Of a stretch of 64,000 nt of DNA, positions 40,060 to 49,670 are shown piece by piece (position 1 is the stretch's first letter; the number at the start of each line of letters is the position of its first letter). The stretch is taken from positions 32,001 to 96,000 of the IMG/VR virus record IMGVR_UViG_3300032294_002363; one strand, given 5' to 3'. Both the position numbers and the translations under genes were made by a program. The notes under the pieces were generated by a model. That model worked only from the letters and a program-made list of their open reading frames with translations, was not told the DNA's origin and did not search any database. This DNA is from a virus.

Positions 40060-41540
40060 AATAGTTCTCCATCATTTTGATTTCTATCATCCAATTCGTA
40101 TTGCTCCCTTTGTCTTTCAGCAACATCTCTTAAAGACCCTCTTTCTTCAATATTAAAGTTGGCTACCTGATAATTAAGATAATTTTGAGCCCAAATCTCT
40201 TTGCCAGAAGAGTCTAGCCTTCTAACTAAATCTTGATGTCCAGCGGCATCTTTACCTTGGAATCTTGTCTTTGTTGGTATTAGTTTATGTGTTCCAAATG
40301 CTTGACCATCGAGAGTAACCTCATCTAAAGTCTTTCTTCTAAAAATCGCTACAAATGATGCGAACCATTGTAATCTATCAGAAAGAGATATTACAGAACT
40401 ATCATCAACTACATTGTTTGAATTACGATTAAAATTCTCACCAGTTCTATTTAATTGCATCGCTGTAATAATTGGACAATGAATTTCTTCAGATATTCTT
40501 TTTAATTTATCAATCTTTTCGCCAATAGCTTGGTGTTCTGCCCAATTTTGGCCTACCTTTTCTCCAGTTAATTTTATATAATCATAAGCAATCATGGCTT
40601 GATTTCCGCGTCCAACTTTTGAAAGATACCATCTGCGAATAATTGAACAGACTTGATCAATATTTTTATTCCCTACATGATAATGAAAATATTCATAGTT
40701 TTTAATCTTTGCCCAAGCTGCTCTGACCTTCTTTGTCATCTCTTCATTTTTACGCCAATTACCAGTTTCAAGATACCAAACTGGCACATCAGTTAAAGAT
40801 GCAACCATTCTTAATTGGATATCTACTGTCTGCATTTCTGTATCAAGAATTAATGTTTTAGTTTTATTTTTAGGATTAATTGAAGTTTTAAAACATATAT
40901 CGTTTAACCAAGTAGATTTACCTTGTCCAGGTCTGCTTGCGATTGCATAGATATTTCCATTTTTTAATCCACCATACATTCTGTTAAATTCTGAATATGG
41001 GGTAATTAATCCAGTATCATCTTTTGGGGCATTTCCAATCTCTTCAACAAGGTCTTCGACTTCGGCGAAAATATTTACTGGCATATCATTCTCGGAATAT
41101 GCGGAGATTTTCTTATTATAAATATGATCTATCTTTCCAATGATTTGATCTACTGAGTCTTCTGAATTTTTATTTACATATTCTTTTAGTTTATCCGCTG
41201 TTTGAGATATCTCTCTACGAATTCTTAATTTAATTAATTCCTTGCACGCATTCATTGTCGCTTCTTCTGTAATCTGAGAGAAACTTAAATTATCAATATA
41301 ATCAAATATATTGATTTCATCTTTAAATGATATTCCTAGATTCTTGATCTTTTCAGCCAATAAGACTTTATCTACATTTTCTCCCTTATGTTTAATATTT
41401 TTAAATACAGTATATATTGATGCGTGAACATCATTATAGAAGTCATTTTCTGTTAAGAATACATCAATATCAGCAAATAGATCTTGATGCTTTAGTAGCC
41501 CGCTTAGTACGTGTCTTTCTACTTGTAGAGAATATATCAT
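40056..41540 (-). CDS. dnaB: DnaB-like replicative helicase
   Basis: Walker A ASRPGQGKST; DTEM; YDYIKL; AMQLNR; N-terminal DnaB domain. Confidence 0.92.
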   Translation of the reverse strand: MIYSLQVERHVLSGLLKHQDLFADIDVFLTENDFYNDVHASIYTVFKNIKHKGENVDKVLLAEKIKNLGISFKDEINIFDYIDNLSFSQITEEATMNACKELIKLRIRREISQTADKLKEYVNKNSEDSVDQIIGKIDHIYNKKISAYSENDMPVNIFAEVEDLVEEIGNAPKDDTGLITPYSEFNRMYGGLKNGNIYAIASRPGQGKSTWLNDICFKTSINPKNKTKTLILDTEMQTVDIQLRMVASLTDVPVWYLETGNWRKNEEMTKKVRAAWAKIKNYEYFHYHVGNKNIDQVCSIIRRWYLSKVGRGNQAMIAYDYIKLTGEKVGQNWAEHQAIGEKIDKLKRISEEIHCPIITAMQLNRTGENFNRNSNNVVDDSSVISLSDRLQWFASFVAIFRRKTLDEVTLDGQAFGTHKLIPTKTRFQGKDAAGHQDLVRRLDSSGKEIWAQNYLNYQVANFNIEERGSLRDVAERQREQYELDDRNQNDGELL

Positions 41541-41550
41541 TCAGTATTAG

Positions 41551-41579
41551 ATGATACCAGAGTAAAAATTAAAAGTCAA
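41551..41579 (-). promoter_or_regulatory. sigma70-type promoter TTGACT-N17-TATCAT with extended TG
   Basis: The -10 box ends 10 nt before ATG 41540. Confidence 0.8.
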
Positions 41580-41593
41580 GTGTTTTAATTTTA

Positions 41594-41860
41594 TTATTCT
41601 GGTTCGTCTAGATCGTCTTCTTGGTTTTTTCTTGCTATTAAATCTGTGGTAGCTTCTAGATTGAGTTGATCTATGCTTTGACTCCAAGTATTTACATAAT
41701 ATAAAAGTGCCATAGCATTTATTTGATTATCAAATTTTGTAAAAACTTGTGGTTCTCCATTAGCTGAGAAATTAAATAATATATAACCACCGAAGCTACA
41801 TTCATCAATCTGCTTTAATAGAGAGTCTGGTACTTTAAATTTTTTTCTATTTGTCACCAT
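41594..41860 (-). CDS. hypothetical protein
   Basis: 88-aa ORF preceded by GTGTAA. Confidence 0.7.
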   Translation of the reverse strand: MVTNRKKFKVPDSLLKQIDECSFGGYILFNFSANGEPQVFTKFDNQINAMALLYYVNTWSQSIDQLNLEATTDLIARKNQEDDLDEPE

Positions 41861-41866
41861 AAACTT

Positions 41867-41872
41867 TTACAC
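41867..41872 (-). promoter_or_regulatory. GTGTAA element (only instance seen inside the replication module)
   Basis: 6 nt before ATG 41860. Confidence 0.5.
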
Positions 41873-42292
41873 TTAAATAATTAAAATTCCAAATTTTTCT
41901 TCTATATATTGTGGTGATAAAATTTTTAAATCACTTTCATACAATTCTAAGAATTTAAATTCATTCATGTCTAGCCATTTTTCTTTTTTTACATCTCTTT
42001 TTATGCTTTGCAAGTATTTAAGCCTAGAATTATCATGAAAAAATTGATTAAACGACTCATGCTGATTACCCTGCACTTCAATCGCTATTTTTTTTGTTGC
42101 ATTTAATATATCAACTTTAAGCATCGTACCATAGACAGGAAATTCCTCGTAAACGATATGATTCTTCCAATAAGGATAGAAAAATTGTTTAAATTTAAAT
42201 TGTAGCTTACTACGACTTTTACCTTCCCAATCTATTAAGTTTTTCCTAACGTTCTTATTAACGAGTTTGCCGTTAATATTTAGTAATCTCAT
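41873..42292 (-). CDS. Vsr/DUF559-like endonuclease
   Basis: KVDILNATKKIAIEVQGNQH...RDVKKEKWL...FLELYE. Confidence 0.7.
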   Translation of the reverse strand: MRLLNINGKLVNKNVRKNLIDWEGKSRSKLQFKFKQFFYPYWKNHIVYEEFPVYGTMLKVDILNATKKIAIEVQGNQHESFNQFFHDNSRLKYLQSIKRDVKKEKWLDMNEFKFLELYESDLKILSPQYIEEKFGILII

Positions 42293-43431
42293 GACGCTAG
42301 AGTTTTAATAAATTTATCGTAAAAATATTCAGTAATTTGCTTGTTTTCTTCTAGATATAGTCTTAGGTTATCAATTCCTTGATGTTGCTTTTTAAGCTCA
42401 ATATTGGATTTTTTAAGTTCCTCTATGATCTCATCAGAGAAAGTAACCCATGCGCCTTTAGCGGTAGCAAATTCCCAAGATAGTATTTGATCGATTACTT
42501 CATATTCTTTCCAGACAGAAGATCCTTCTTTTCTTCCGTATTTAATTGGATATTGGACTTTAGAATTAGTTGATTCATTTGTAGATTTCTTAATAGCAAT
42601 TTTTACATTATGTCCAATAATTTTATTTTTAACTGGATCATATTTTTCATTTGGTTTTTCAAGAATAAGATCTTTATTGTAGCGAGGCTCAAATTCTAGA
42701 ATCCAATTTGCAAAGTGCAATAGAGCATTACCACCTGTGGCGGTAGTTTGCCTTACTTCTTTGTTTGCTGCATAAGGATCAAGTTTAATATCTGAACGAA
42801 CTTGACTGATAAAAATTGCCATATGACCACGTTTAGATAGCGCAAGAGATATCTTCTTCATAAGCATAGAAGAGATAACTGCACCACCCGCGACTTTAGT
42901 AGCTTCACTTAAAGTCTTTTCTTTGTCACCTTTTGTGATAAGTCCATCAACTGAATCTAGAATAAAGATATATCTTTTATCTTCATCATTTGATTGAATT
43001 AAGTCTTTCATCAATTCGGATACTGTCTCGAATATATTGCATTCAAAAACAAAGCATGTACCATCAACCCATTCTTTAGGGTCAGTTACAAATTTAATAC
43101 CTGATCTATCTTTAATTTCCTTACTCAGGCGACCTTCCGCTTTAAAAAGTAAAGCCCTTGAGGAGTCTACTGTCTTAAGAAAGTTCTTGGCTACCTCTAA
43201 TGCTTCTGAGGTCTTACCTCCTTCATTCATCCCAATAAATCTGTGTAAGCCTGGACATAGACCACCGCTAGTAGCGATATCTAGATTAAGACTACCAGTA
43301 GATACTTTATAATAAATTTCATCTTCAAAATTATAATGATCTTCTTTATTATCTTTTAAAAATGATAATAATCTATCTGATGCAGATGGACCAGTAGATT
43401 GAACGACTTCTTCTTTAGATTTTCTTCCCAT
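42289..43431 (-). CDS. recA: RecA/UvsX-like recombinase
   Basis: VSTGSLNLDIATSGG; P-loop GMNEGGKT; FILDSV; IFISQVR; TGGNALLHFA. Confidence 0.88.
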   Translation of the reverse strand: MGRKSKEEVVQSTGPSASDRLLSFLKDNKEDHYNFEDEIYYKVSTGSLNLDIATSGGLCPGLHRFIGMNEGGKTSEALEVAKNFLKTVDSSRALLFKAEGRLSKEIKDRSGIKFVTDPKEWVDGTCFVFECNIFETVSELMKDLIQSNDEDKRYIFILDSVDGLITKGDKEKTLSEATKVAGGAVISSMLMKKISLALSKRGHMAIFISQVRSDIKLDPYAANKEVRQTTATGGNALLHFANWILEFEPRYNKDLILEKPNEKYDPVKNKIIGHNVKIAIKKSTNESTNSKVQYPIKYGRKEGSSVWKEYEVIDQILSWEFATAKGAWVTFSDEIIEELKKSNIELKKQHQGIDNLRLYLEENKQITEYFYDKFIKTLAS

Positions 43432-43759
43432 ATCTTATAAATTCTAACACAGTTTTAGGTTTTTTGCAAATCTTTTTATCTTCTTCAATTTTATTTATAT
43501 TTAATACTACCTGTTTTGTACTTAAATTTAAGTTAAAACTTTCATATTCTTTTAATAAAAAAGCTTTTCCTTCTGCTTTTAGGAACCAAGCTAAAGATGG
43601 CGGTAAAGAACCTAGGTTTTTTAAATTATCCCAAAATTCAAAAGAATTAAATTTTTTTACTAATTTTTGAGCAATTTTTATTTCTCTTGCCCAATTAATT
43701 TTACCACTAACATATTTTTTTACTATCAACTGACAAAGTTTATGATTTATATTTTTCAA
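43415..43759 (-). CDS. hypothetical protein
   Basis: 114-aa ORF overlapping both neighbours. Confidence 0.65.
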   Translation of the reverse strand: MKNINHKLCQLIVKKYVSGKINWAREIKIAQKLVKKFNSFEFWDNLKNLGSLPPSLAWFLKAEGKAFLLKEYESFNLNLSTKQVVLNINKIEEDKKICKKPKTVLEFIRYGKKI

Positions 43760-44801
43760 TATCTGATCTTATCATTCTTTCTATTAGTTGGTCAAATGAA
43801 ATCTCTGGTTTCCATTTTAATTGTTCTCTTGCTTCAGATGAATCTCCTAATAATAGATCTACTTCTGCTGGCCTGTAGAATTTAGGATTTATTTTTACTA
43901 GAATCTTATTCATAGCATTTCCTTCGGATATTAGATAATCTGGTAAAACTAAGCATTCATTTTCCTTTTCTCCAACCCAATAAAATTCATTGATATTTGC
44001 AAATTTGAAAGATTTTTCTACAAATTCTCTTACAGAATGGGTTTCATTTGAAGAAAGAATATATTCTTTTGGTTCTTCTTGATTAAGCATAAGCCATATA
44101 CCATTAATAAAATCTTCAGCATGACTCCAATCTCTTTTTGCGTCTAGATTGCCTAGTTCAAGTGGCTCAAATGTTAGTTTAGATGTAATAGCATGACTTA
44201 TTCTAGCGACATTTTGAGTTATCTTTCTGGTGACAAATTCTGCTCCTCTTCTTTCGCTCTCATGATTATAAAGAATAGAATGGATAGCAAATAGATTGTA
44301 AGAATCTCTATAAACTTTTGTTATATGTCTAGCGGCTGCTTTTGCAGCACCATATGGACTTCTTGGCCTAATTGGATGTTTTAAGTCTTGTGGGCTATAT
44401 ATTACGTCTCCCATTTCTTCACTTGACCCTGCAGAATAAAATCTACATTTTGGAGAATATTTTCTAATTGCCTCTAAACATCTCAACACACCAACTGCAG
44501 TCGCATCAAACGTCTGCAAAGGAATTTGCCAACTACTACCAACGAATGATTGCGCGGCAAAGTTAATAAAGTAATCTGGACCTATTTCTTTTACAACTTC
44601 ATCTATAGAATTACTATCAGATAAATCTGCGATAACTAATTTAAATCTAGGATTATCTAAATTATGTTTTATATTCTCTAAGTTAGGATTAGAACTTCTT
44701 CTTCTTATTCCATAAACCATGCAGTCTGTATTATTCAATAAAAAGTCAACCATGTAAGATCCATCTTGTCCTGTAACTCCAGTTATAATAGCTTTTTTCA
44801 T
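43740..44801 (-). CDS. gmd: GDP-mannose 4,6-dehydratase
   Basis: ITGVTGQDGSYM; NFAAQSFVGSSW; YSAGSSEE; PRSPYGAAK; ILYNHESERRG; FVTRKIT; GNLDAKRDW; FYRPAEVDLLLGD. Confidence 0.96.
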   Translation of the reverse strand: MKKAIITGVTGQDGSYMVDFLLNNTDCMVYGIRRRSSNPNLENIKHNLDNPRFKLVIADLSDSNSIDEVVKEIGPDYFINFAAQSFVGSSWQIPLQTFDATAVGVLRCLEAIRKYSPKCRFYSAGSSEEMGDVIYSPQDLKHPIRPRSPYGAAKAAARHITKVYRDSYNLFAIHSILYNHESERRGAEFVTRKITQNVARISHAITSKLTFEPLELGNLDAKRDWSHAEDFINGIWLMLNQEEPKEYILSSNETHSVREFVEKSFKFANINEFYWVGEKENECLVLPDYLISEGNAMNKILVKINPKFYRPAEVDLLLGDSSEAREQLKWKPEISFDQLIERMIRSDIEKYKS

Positions 44802-45151
44802 TAGTTTTTAAATCCTTGATATAATTTTACATTTTCTTCTGAGAATTTTTTAGCATGATTTTTACTAATATAAACATCGAGGAAACTATTAATTGCTTTT
44901 ATTAGCTTTGGTCTTCTATCTTTGAAGCAATAATCTACTTTCCTTTTAATATCGGCTAACTCTTGGTCAGTCTTTGCTGCCCCAGCCGCATCCTCTAATT
45001 TCCACATTCTAATATGTAAAACGATAAATCTATCTAGAATCTCGGAGAATGTCTCGCTAAATTCTAAATTCTCAACATTTAATGGTTCTTTATCAAATCT
45101 ATCAGCAATTTCTTCTAAAAGAAGTTCGCTTATTTTTTCTATTCTACTCAT
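44801..45151 (-). CDS. DUF4254-like helical protein
   Basis: LHIRMWKLEDAA...IKRKVD...RRPKLIKAIN resembles DUF4254 (from memory). Confidence 0.45.
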   Translation of the reverse strand: MSRIEKISELLLEEIADRFDKEPLNVENLEFSETFSEILDRFIVLHIRMWKLEDAAGAAKTDQELADIKRKVDYCFKDRRPKLIKAINSFLDVYISKNHAKKFSEENVKLYQGFKN

Positions 45152-45157
45152 CTTATG

Positions 45158-45186
45158 ATTTTAAATGAAAATTAAAACTTTTTCAA
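45158..45186 (-). promoter_or_regulatory. sigma70-type promoter TTGAAA-N17-TAAAAT
   Basis: The -10 box ends 6 nt before ATG 45151; same CATAAG spacer as the 29696 promoter. Confidence 0.7.
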
Positions 45187-46332
45187 TATTTTAATCTGAC
45201 TATCTTTAATATTTGGATATATTCCAATATAAAAACCATTATTATGTAAAAATTCACTATTCTTAAAATTTTTATAGTTATCGTATTCTTTATAACATGT
45301 CTGTTTTAATAAGTTTCCAGATATAATAGGCCTAGTTTCTATTCCGTTATCTTTACAAAACTTCATCAATGATTTTATAAAATTTGCATCTTTAGATATA
45401 AATGGAAAACAAAATGGCACTGCAGTTCTGCCTTCTATAACTTTAGGCAGGATAATATCCTTACTATTGAATATATCTTTAATTTTATTATAAATGTTAA
45501 TTCTTTTTTCTATATATTCATCAATTCTTGCAAAATCAAGTAGTCCAATGAAAGCGTTTATGTCACTATTACGAAAATTATTACCTAAAGAATAAAAATC
45601 AAATAAACCATCTACATTTTGATTAGCGTAGTCTTTTGTATCAATTCCATATACAGATAAACTTCTAGTCATTCCATGATTCCTATTCATTAAGAGATAC
45701 CTATATTCTTCTTCTGAATTAGTAAATATAAAACCTCCCTCAACGCTTTGAAGTTGATGACCAAAATAAGTGCTTGTTGTGCTAGTAAAATACGAAGATA
45801 CGTTCCTGTCATTATAAAGACCTAAAGTATTTTCGCAATTATCAAGGAATACTTTAACATTATATCTTTTCTCTAAATCTTTTAGTCTTTGAATATCTGG
45901 CACTTGCCCTATTAGTGAAACGCATAGAATAGCTGCAACATTTTGATGATTATTTTTTAAATATTCTTCTGTTAAATCTAGATCTAGACAGAGATCGTTT
46001 AAACTTATGTCAATAAACTTAGGTTTAAAACCTTCTCTTATGAAGGGAGATATTGAAGTAGTCCAAGTCGTTGATGGAAAAATTACTATATTTTTTAACT
46101 TTGCTTTATTTGCATCTCTGAGATTCATAGCTATGAGAGTATTCGCAGTTGAACCGCTAGATACAAAAACTGAATATTTAACATTTACATATTCAGCGAA
46201 CTCCTTCTCTATCTTTTTAACATATTTATGTTGTGTCCAAAAGTTATTTTTATTTAAAACAAATAGTGAAAGTTTTATTCTATCTAGAAAGGTAAAGCTC
46301 GAATTATTTAAAGGCCAGTTAAAATTACTCAT
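45172..46332 (-). CDS. DegT/DnrJ-family PLP enzyme, ColD-like (GDP-4-keto-6-deoxymannose 3-dehydratase)
   Basis: VFVSSGSTAN; LDNCE; STYFGHQLQSVEGG with His at the usual Schiff-base Lys position; ETRPIISGNLL. Confidence 0.78.
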   Translation of the reverse strand: MSNFNWPLNNSSFTFLDRIKLSLFVLNKNNFWTQHKYVKKIEKEFAEYVNVKYSVFVSSGSTANTLIAMNLRDANKAKLKNIVIFPSTTWTTSISPFIREGFKPKFIDISLNDLCLDLDLTEEYLKNNHQNVAAILCVSLIGQVPDIQRLKDLEKRYNVKVFLDNCENTLGLYNDRNVSSYFTSTTSTYFGHQLQSVEGGFIFTNSEEEYRYLLMNRNHGMTRSLSVYGIDTKDYANQNVDGLFDFYSLGNNFRNSDINAFIGLLDFARIDEYIEKRINIYNKIKDIFNSKDIILPKVIEGRTAVPFCFPFISKDANFIKSLMKFCKDNGIETRPIISGNLLKQTCYKEYDNYKNFKNSEFLHNNGFYIGIYPNIKDSQIKILKKF

Positions 46333-46368
46333 CTAGTTATATATGATAATATATGGGTTCTGTTTTTT

Positions 46369-47139
46369 CTAAAAATTGATTTCTTTATGTATAGTTGGCT
46401 TTGGTATATTATAATTCTTATAGAAATCATCATTAAGTTCTAGCTTTTCTTCTGTAATATTCCATTTATAAGAACAGATACCATTATATCTAAAATTTTG
46501 ATATTTTACTTTATTTTTTAAAAACTCTTTATCTCCACACCAAGAATAATGCTTTACATGAGCTAAGTTTTTAGGTATTTCTAGATTAGAAAGCTTTTTA
46601 TAATCTACCAAAGAATTACCATCGCTATAATTTATATCATTTTCAAAATAAAAACTATCTATTTTTAATCTATTAAAATTAGTCTTAAAAATCCTTGGCG
46701 GACAAAATCCATCAATCCAAGTATATTCATTATTGAAATAATTCTTAAAATTTAGTCTGAACCAGCAAATGAATTCTTGATTTAGTACGAAGTTTTTTAC
46801 ATTTAATATTTCTTGTTTAGTATAGAATTCATCTCCGTCTAAAAGCCATATATAATCTACACCCTGTTTAATTAAAAATTCTAAAGGCTTATTTCTTACT
46901 ATAGAGTCATTTGATACTTCGTCTGAATATAAATATGATATTAGATCATTATATTTGTCTTTTAAAAGAGTTTTTGTCTCTAGATCTTCTTGTATATAAT
47001 TTATATTTATATACTGATCAAACTTGACTGAAGCGGCTGCAAAAACAAACTCATCTTTAAAATCTAACCAAGGTAGTAAAACTTTATCTAGATACTTTGG
47101 AAAACCATAAAAATTACATAGTATTCCAAATTTCATCAA
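46369..47139 (-). CDS. GT2-like (GT-A) glycosyltransferase
   Basis: DYIWLLDGDEFY DxD motif; VKHYSW...KVKY. Confidence 0.7.
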   Translation of the reverse strand: MMKFGILCNFYGFPKYLDKVLLPWLDFKDEFVFAAASVKFDQYININYIQEDLETKTLLKDKYNDLISYLYSDEVSNDSIVRNKPLEFLIKQGVDYIWLLDGDEFYTKQEILNVKNFVLNQEFICWFRLNFKNYFNNEYTWIDGFCPPRIFKTNFNRLKIDSFYFENDINYSDGNSLVDYKKLSNLEIPKNLAHVKHYSWCGDKEFLKNKVKYQNFRYNGICSYKWNITEEKLELNDDFYKNYNIPKPTIHKEINF

Positions 47140-47738
47140 GATTCTTTAATTCTTGAAGCCCAAACGCATTTCTCGAATACTTCTTGCATGAATGGTTTTA
47201 AATTATTATAATTACAACAATCAGCTATGTCCGCTTCTTTAGTTTCCCACCAAGCCCAAATATTCTTATTCTTTTGAAATACTTCATGATCTTTATGATA
47301 ATCATGAGCTAGAATGATATCTCCTTTTTTAAGATATTTAGCAAAAGTATTAAATTCTTTTACCTTATTGCCGCCATCACAAAATAGTAAAGTAGTTCCT
47401 TCTCTTTGTATCAGATTCTTAACTTCATTTTCAATAGAGAATATGTCTTTGATAAACCATTTAATTTTCGTTCCTTTTAGGTTTTGATCAAAGTTTCTAT
47501 TTACAATATCGTAGCAATATATCTCTGCTTGTTCGGAGATTTTTGAGTCATGCAATACTAGAGAGAATCCGCCATTATTCATGCCAATCTCTATTATTGT
47601 TTTTGGCAATTTATCTTGGTTTTTTAATTCAAGATATAGTTTATCTAAAGCTTCTATGACATCTATTCTTTGTTCTAGCCTGATATCCTTATAAGAGAAC
47701 ATCATATTATTAGAGTCCATTCTTACATTTTGCATCAT
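47136..47738 (-). CDS. class I SAM-dependent methyltransferase
   Basis: IIEIGMNNGGFS; LLFCDGGNK; LKKGDIILAHDY. Confidence 0.8.
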   Translation of the reverse strand: MMQNVRMDSNNMMFSYKDIRLEQRIDVIEALDKLYLELKNQDKLPKTIIEIGMNNGGFSLVLHDSKISEQAEIYCYDIVNRNFDQNLKGTKIKWFIKDIFSIENEVKNLIQREGTTLLFCDGGNKVKEFNTFAKYLKKGDIILAHDYHKDHEVFQKNKNIWAWWETKEADIADCCNYNNLKPFMQEVFEKCVWASRIKES

Positions 47739-47746
47739 ATGCTTAT

Positions 47747-47775
47747 ATCATAACCTAAATATAAAATTTTTTCAA
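47747..47775 (-). promoter_or_regulatory. sigma70-type promoter TTGAAA-N17-TATGAT
   Basis: The -10 box ends 8 nt before ATG 47738. Confidence 0.72.
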
Positions 47776-49670
47776 TAATTAAAATTTATTAATTTAAAGT
47801 AATTTATACTCTTGGCGTTATCATGTAGTGGCATTAAACTAAATAAAAGGGTATTAGTTATCATCTTAATATTATATAAAATCTTATCATTGTATTTATT
47901 TGATATAAAATTATTGAATATGTTTATAAATTCTTGTTGATATTCTAGATTGATATTTTTATCTAAAAGAATATAATCATAACCAATGATAGATTGAAAT
48001 ACCTTGGCATAATCATAGAATATATCGCCATATATAGAGAGATCATTACCTAAGACACCACGCATATCAATAAAGTTTATTCTATTTTCTTTATTTATTA
48101 TAATATTTGAAAATACAGGGTCGCCATGAATTACTCCTAATTTACCAAGATTTTTCTTTTCATAATCTAAAGAGAAATTTAATAGTTTTGTGTAGATCTC
48201 AAGGTGATTATCTAGATAAGAGTAATTATACTCTTTATATCTCTTTTGCATTTTATCTGCATAATTTTGATATATATTATGTTTTTTAGTTTTTTTATCT
48301 TTATATTTATGTATATCATCTAAAGTGTTCAATATGTCTGAAAGATTAGATTGAGTCAAGCTTGAGTTTACAAATAATTGCGAAGCAGTAATGCCTTGTA
48401 TTTTTTCTATTTCAATAAAATTTGAGCCGTAATTAATTAGTTTAGGAAAATATTTATTTATTTTAGTTTTGTGAGCTTTTAAAAACTTATACCAATATAT
48501 CTCTCCTTGAAGTTTAGGATCCTCTGATTTTTTAAGTATACTTGAACCAGTATCATCCACAGAATTAAAACTTCTGCTCTTTAGATTCTGTTGATAGAAT
48601 CCTAGATTTTTATCTAAGCTTTGAAATGCATTAAAAGCAATATCATCTATATAAAAGTCTGCGTATGGTTTTCCAAAATAGATTTCATCATATGGAATAT
48701 CAAATCTTTGTAAAGTATCAAATGTAATCTTTCCTATGTCTTGAATTACCGCTGATACATTTCCTTTATGAGTTCGCATCCTTCTAGCCGTATAAATTAT
48801 AATAGTATGTCCTAAAGACTTAAGAAATTTAAGATATTGTATATTCTTTTTAATTGGTTCTACGGATGCATAATCATTAGGTATTTTTGGAAAAGTAACT
48901 AAGGTATTATCAAGATCAAAACATATTCTTTTTTTAATAATATTGTCTTTATTCCTTAAGCAGTATACTTCTAATTGCTCTGGAGTTCCCAAGCAATTAA
49001 AGTCTTTAATTTCTTTTGAGGAAATTTTAATATTATTTCTTAACATTAAATTATATATAGAAGATATATAGTACTCTTTAACTTTATTATCTAATGGTTC
49101 ATTGATTAATAGTTCAGCAAATTTTTTGAGTAAACTTAATTTTTTAAAGCAATAAGCGCCAACATTTGCATTATCGGAGATCTTAACTTTTTCTTTGATT
49201 TCTATAACTTGATTATTTTTTATCTTTATGTATGAATATATAGGTTTATCTTTATAATCTTTAAAAAAGAAAATCAAATTATTGTTGATCTTTTTACATT
49301 CAGTAATGATATCTTCCTCATAGAAAGTATCACAATCTAAGCAGAGTGTTAAATTATCATCAAATAGATCTTTGGGTATTTGATTAATTCCAGATAATAT
49401 CGTTTCTGCTGCGCCTCTTGTTTTAAAATCTATTCTGATAAAATAAATATTTAGATTTTTATTTTTAAATGTAACAATATCTTTGAAATTAAATTCATCT
49501 AGCTCTGAGTTGTAGAATATAAAAACTTTATCTTCCTCAGAGATATTCAATTTTTTTAATAGCAAATTAATAATTGAGTCACCTAGAGCATTAACTAAGG
49601 GCTTTGGATATAGATATCCAGCGGTTTTAAATCTTTCACCAAGACCTCCGATTGGAATAATAATATTCAT
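47772..49670 (-). CDS. three-domain fusion: sugar nucleotidyltransferase, HAD phosphatase, APH/choline-kinase-like phosphotransferase
   Basis: IIIPIGGLGERF...PKPLV; RICFDLDNTL...YTARRM...FGKPYADFYIDD; IHGDPVFSNI...FIDMRG...DYAK. Confidence 0.85.
   Translation of the reverse strand: MNIIIPIGGLGERFKTAGYLYPKPLVNALGDSIINLLLKKLNISEEDKVFIFYNSELDEFNFKDIVTFKNKNLNIYFIRIDFKTRGAAETILSGINQIPKDLFDDNLTLCLDCDTFYEEDIITECKKINNNLIFFFKDYKDKPIYSYIKIKNNQVIEIKEKVKISDNANVGAYCFKKLSLLKKFAELLINEPLDNKVKEYYISSIYNLMLRNNIKISSKEIKDFNCLGTPEQLEVYCLRNKDNIIKKRICFDLDNTLVTFPKIPNDYASVEPIKKNIQYLKFLKSLGHTIIIYTARRMRTHKGNVSAVIQDIGKITFDTLQRFDIPYDEIYFGKPYADFYIDDIAFNAFQSLDKNLGFYQQNLKSRSFNSVDDTGSSILKKSEDPKLQGEIYWYKFLKAHKTKINKYFPKLINYGSNFIEIEKIQGITASQLFVNSSLTQSNLSDILNTLDDIHKYKDKKTKKHNIYQNYADKMQKRYKEYNYSYLDNHLEIYTKLLNFSLDYEKKNLGKLGVIHGDPVFSNIIINKENRINFIDMRGVLGNDLSIYGDIFYDYAKVFQSIIGYDYILLDKNINLEYQQEFINIFNNFISNKYNDKILYNIKMITNTLLFSLMPLHDNAKSINYFKLINFNY

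Noticed and set aside
46333-46375. Eighth sigma70 promoter before the ColD-like gene
   Set aside because: A TATCAT -10 lies 10 nt before the ATG, but the -35 position reads TAGAAA; too weak to list.
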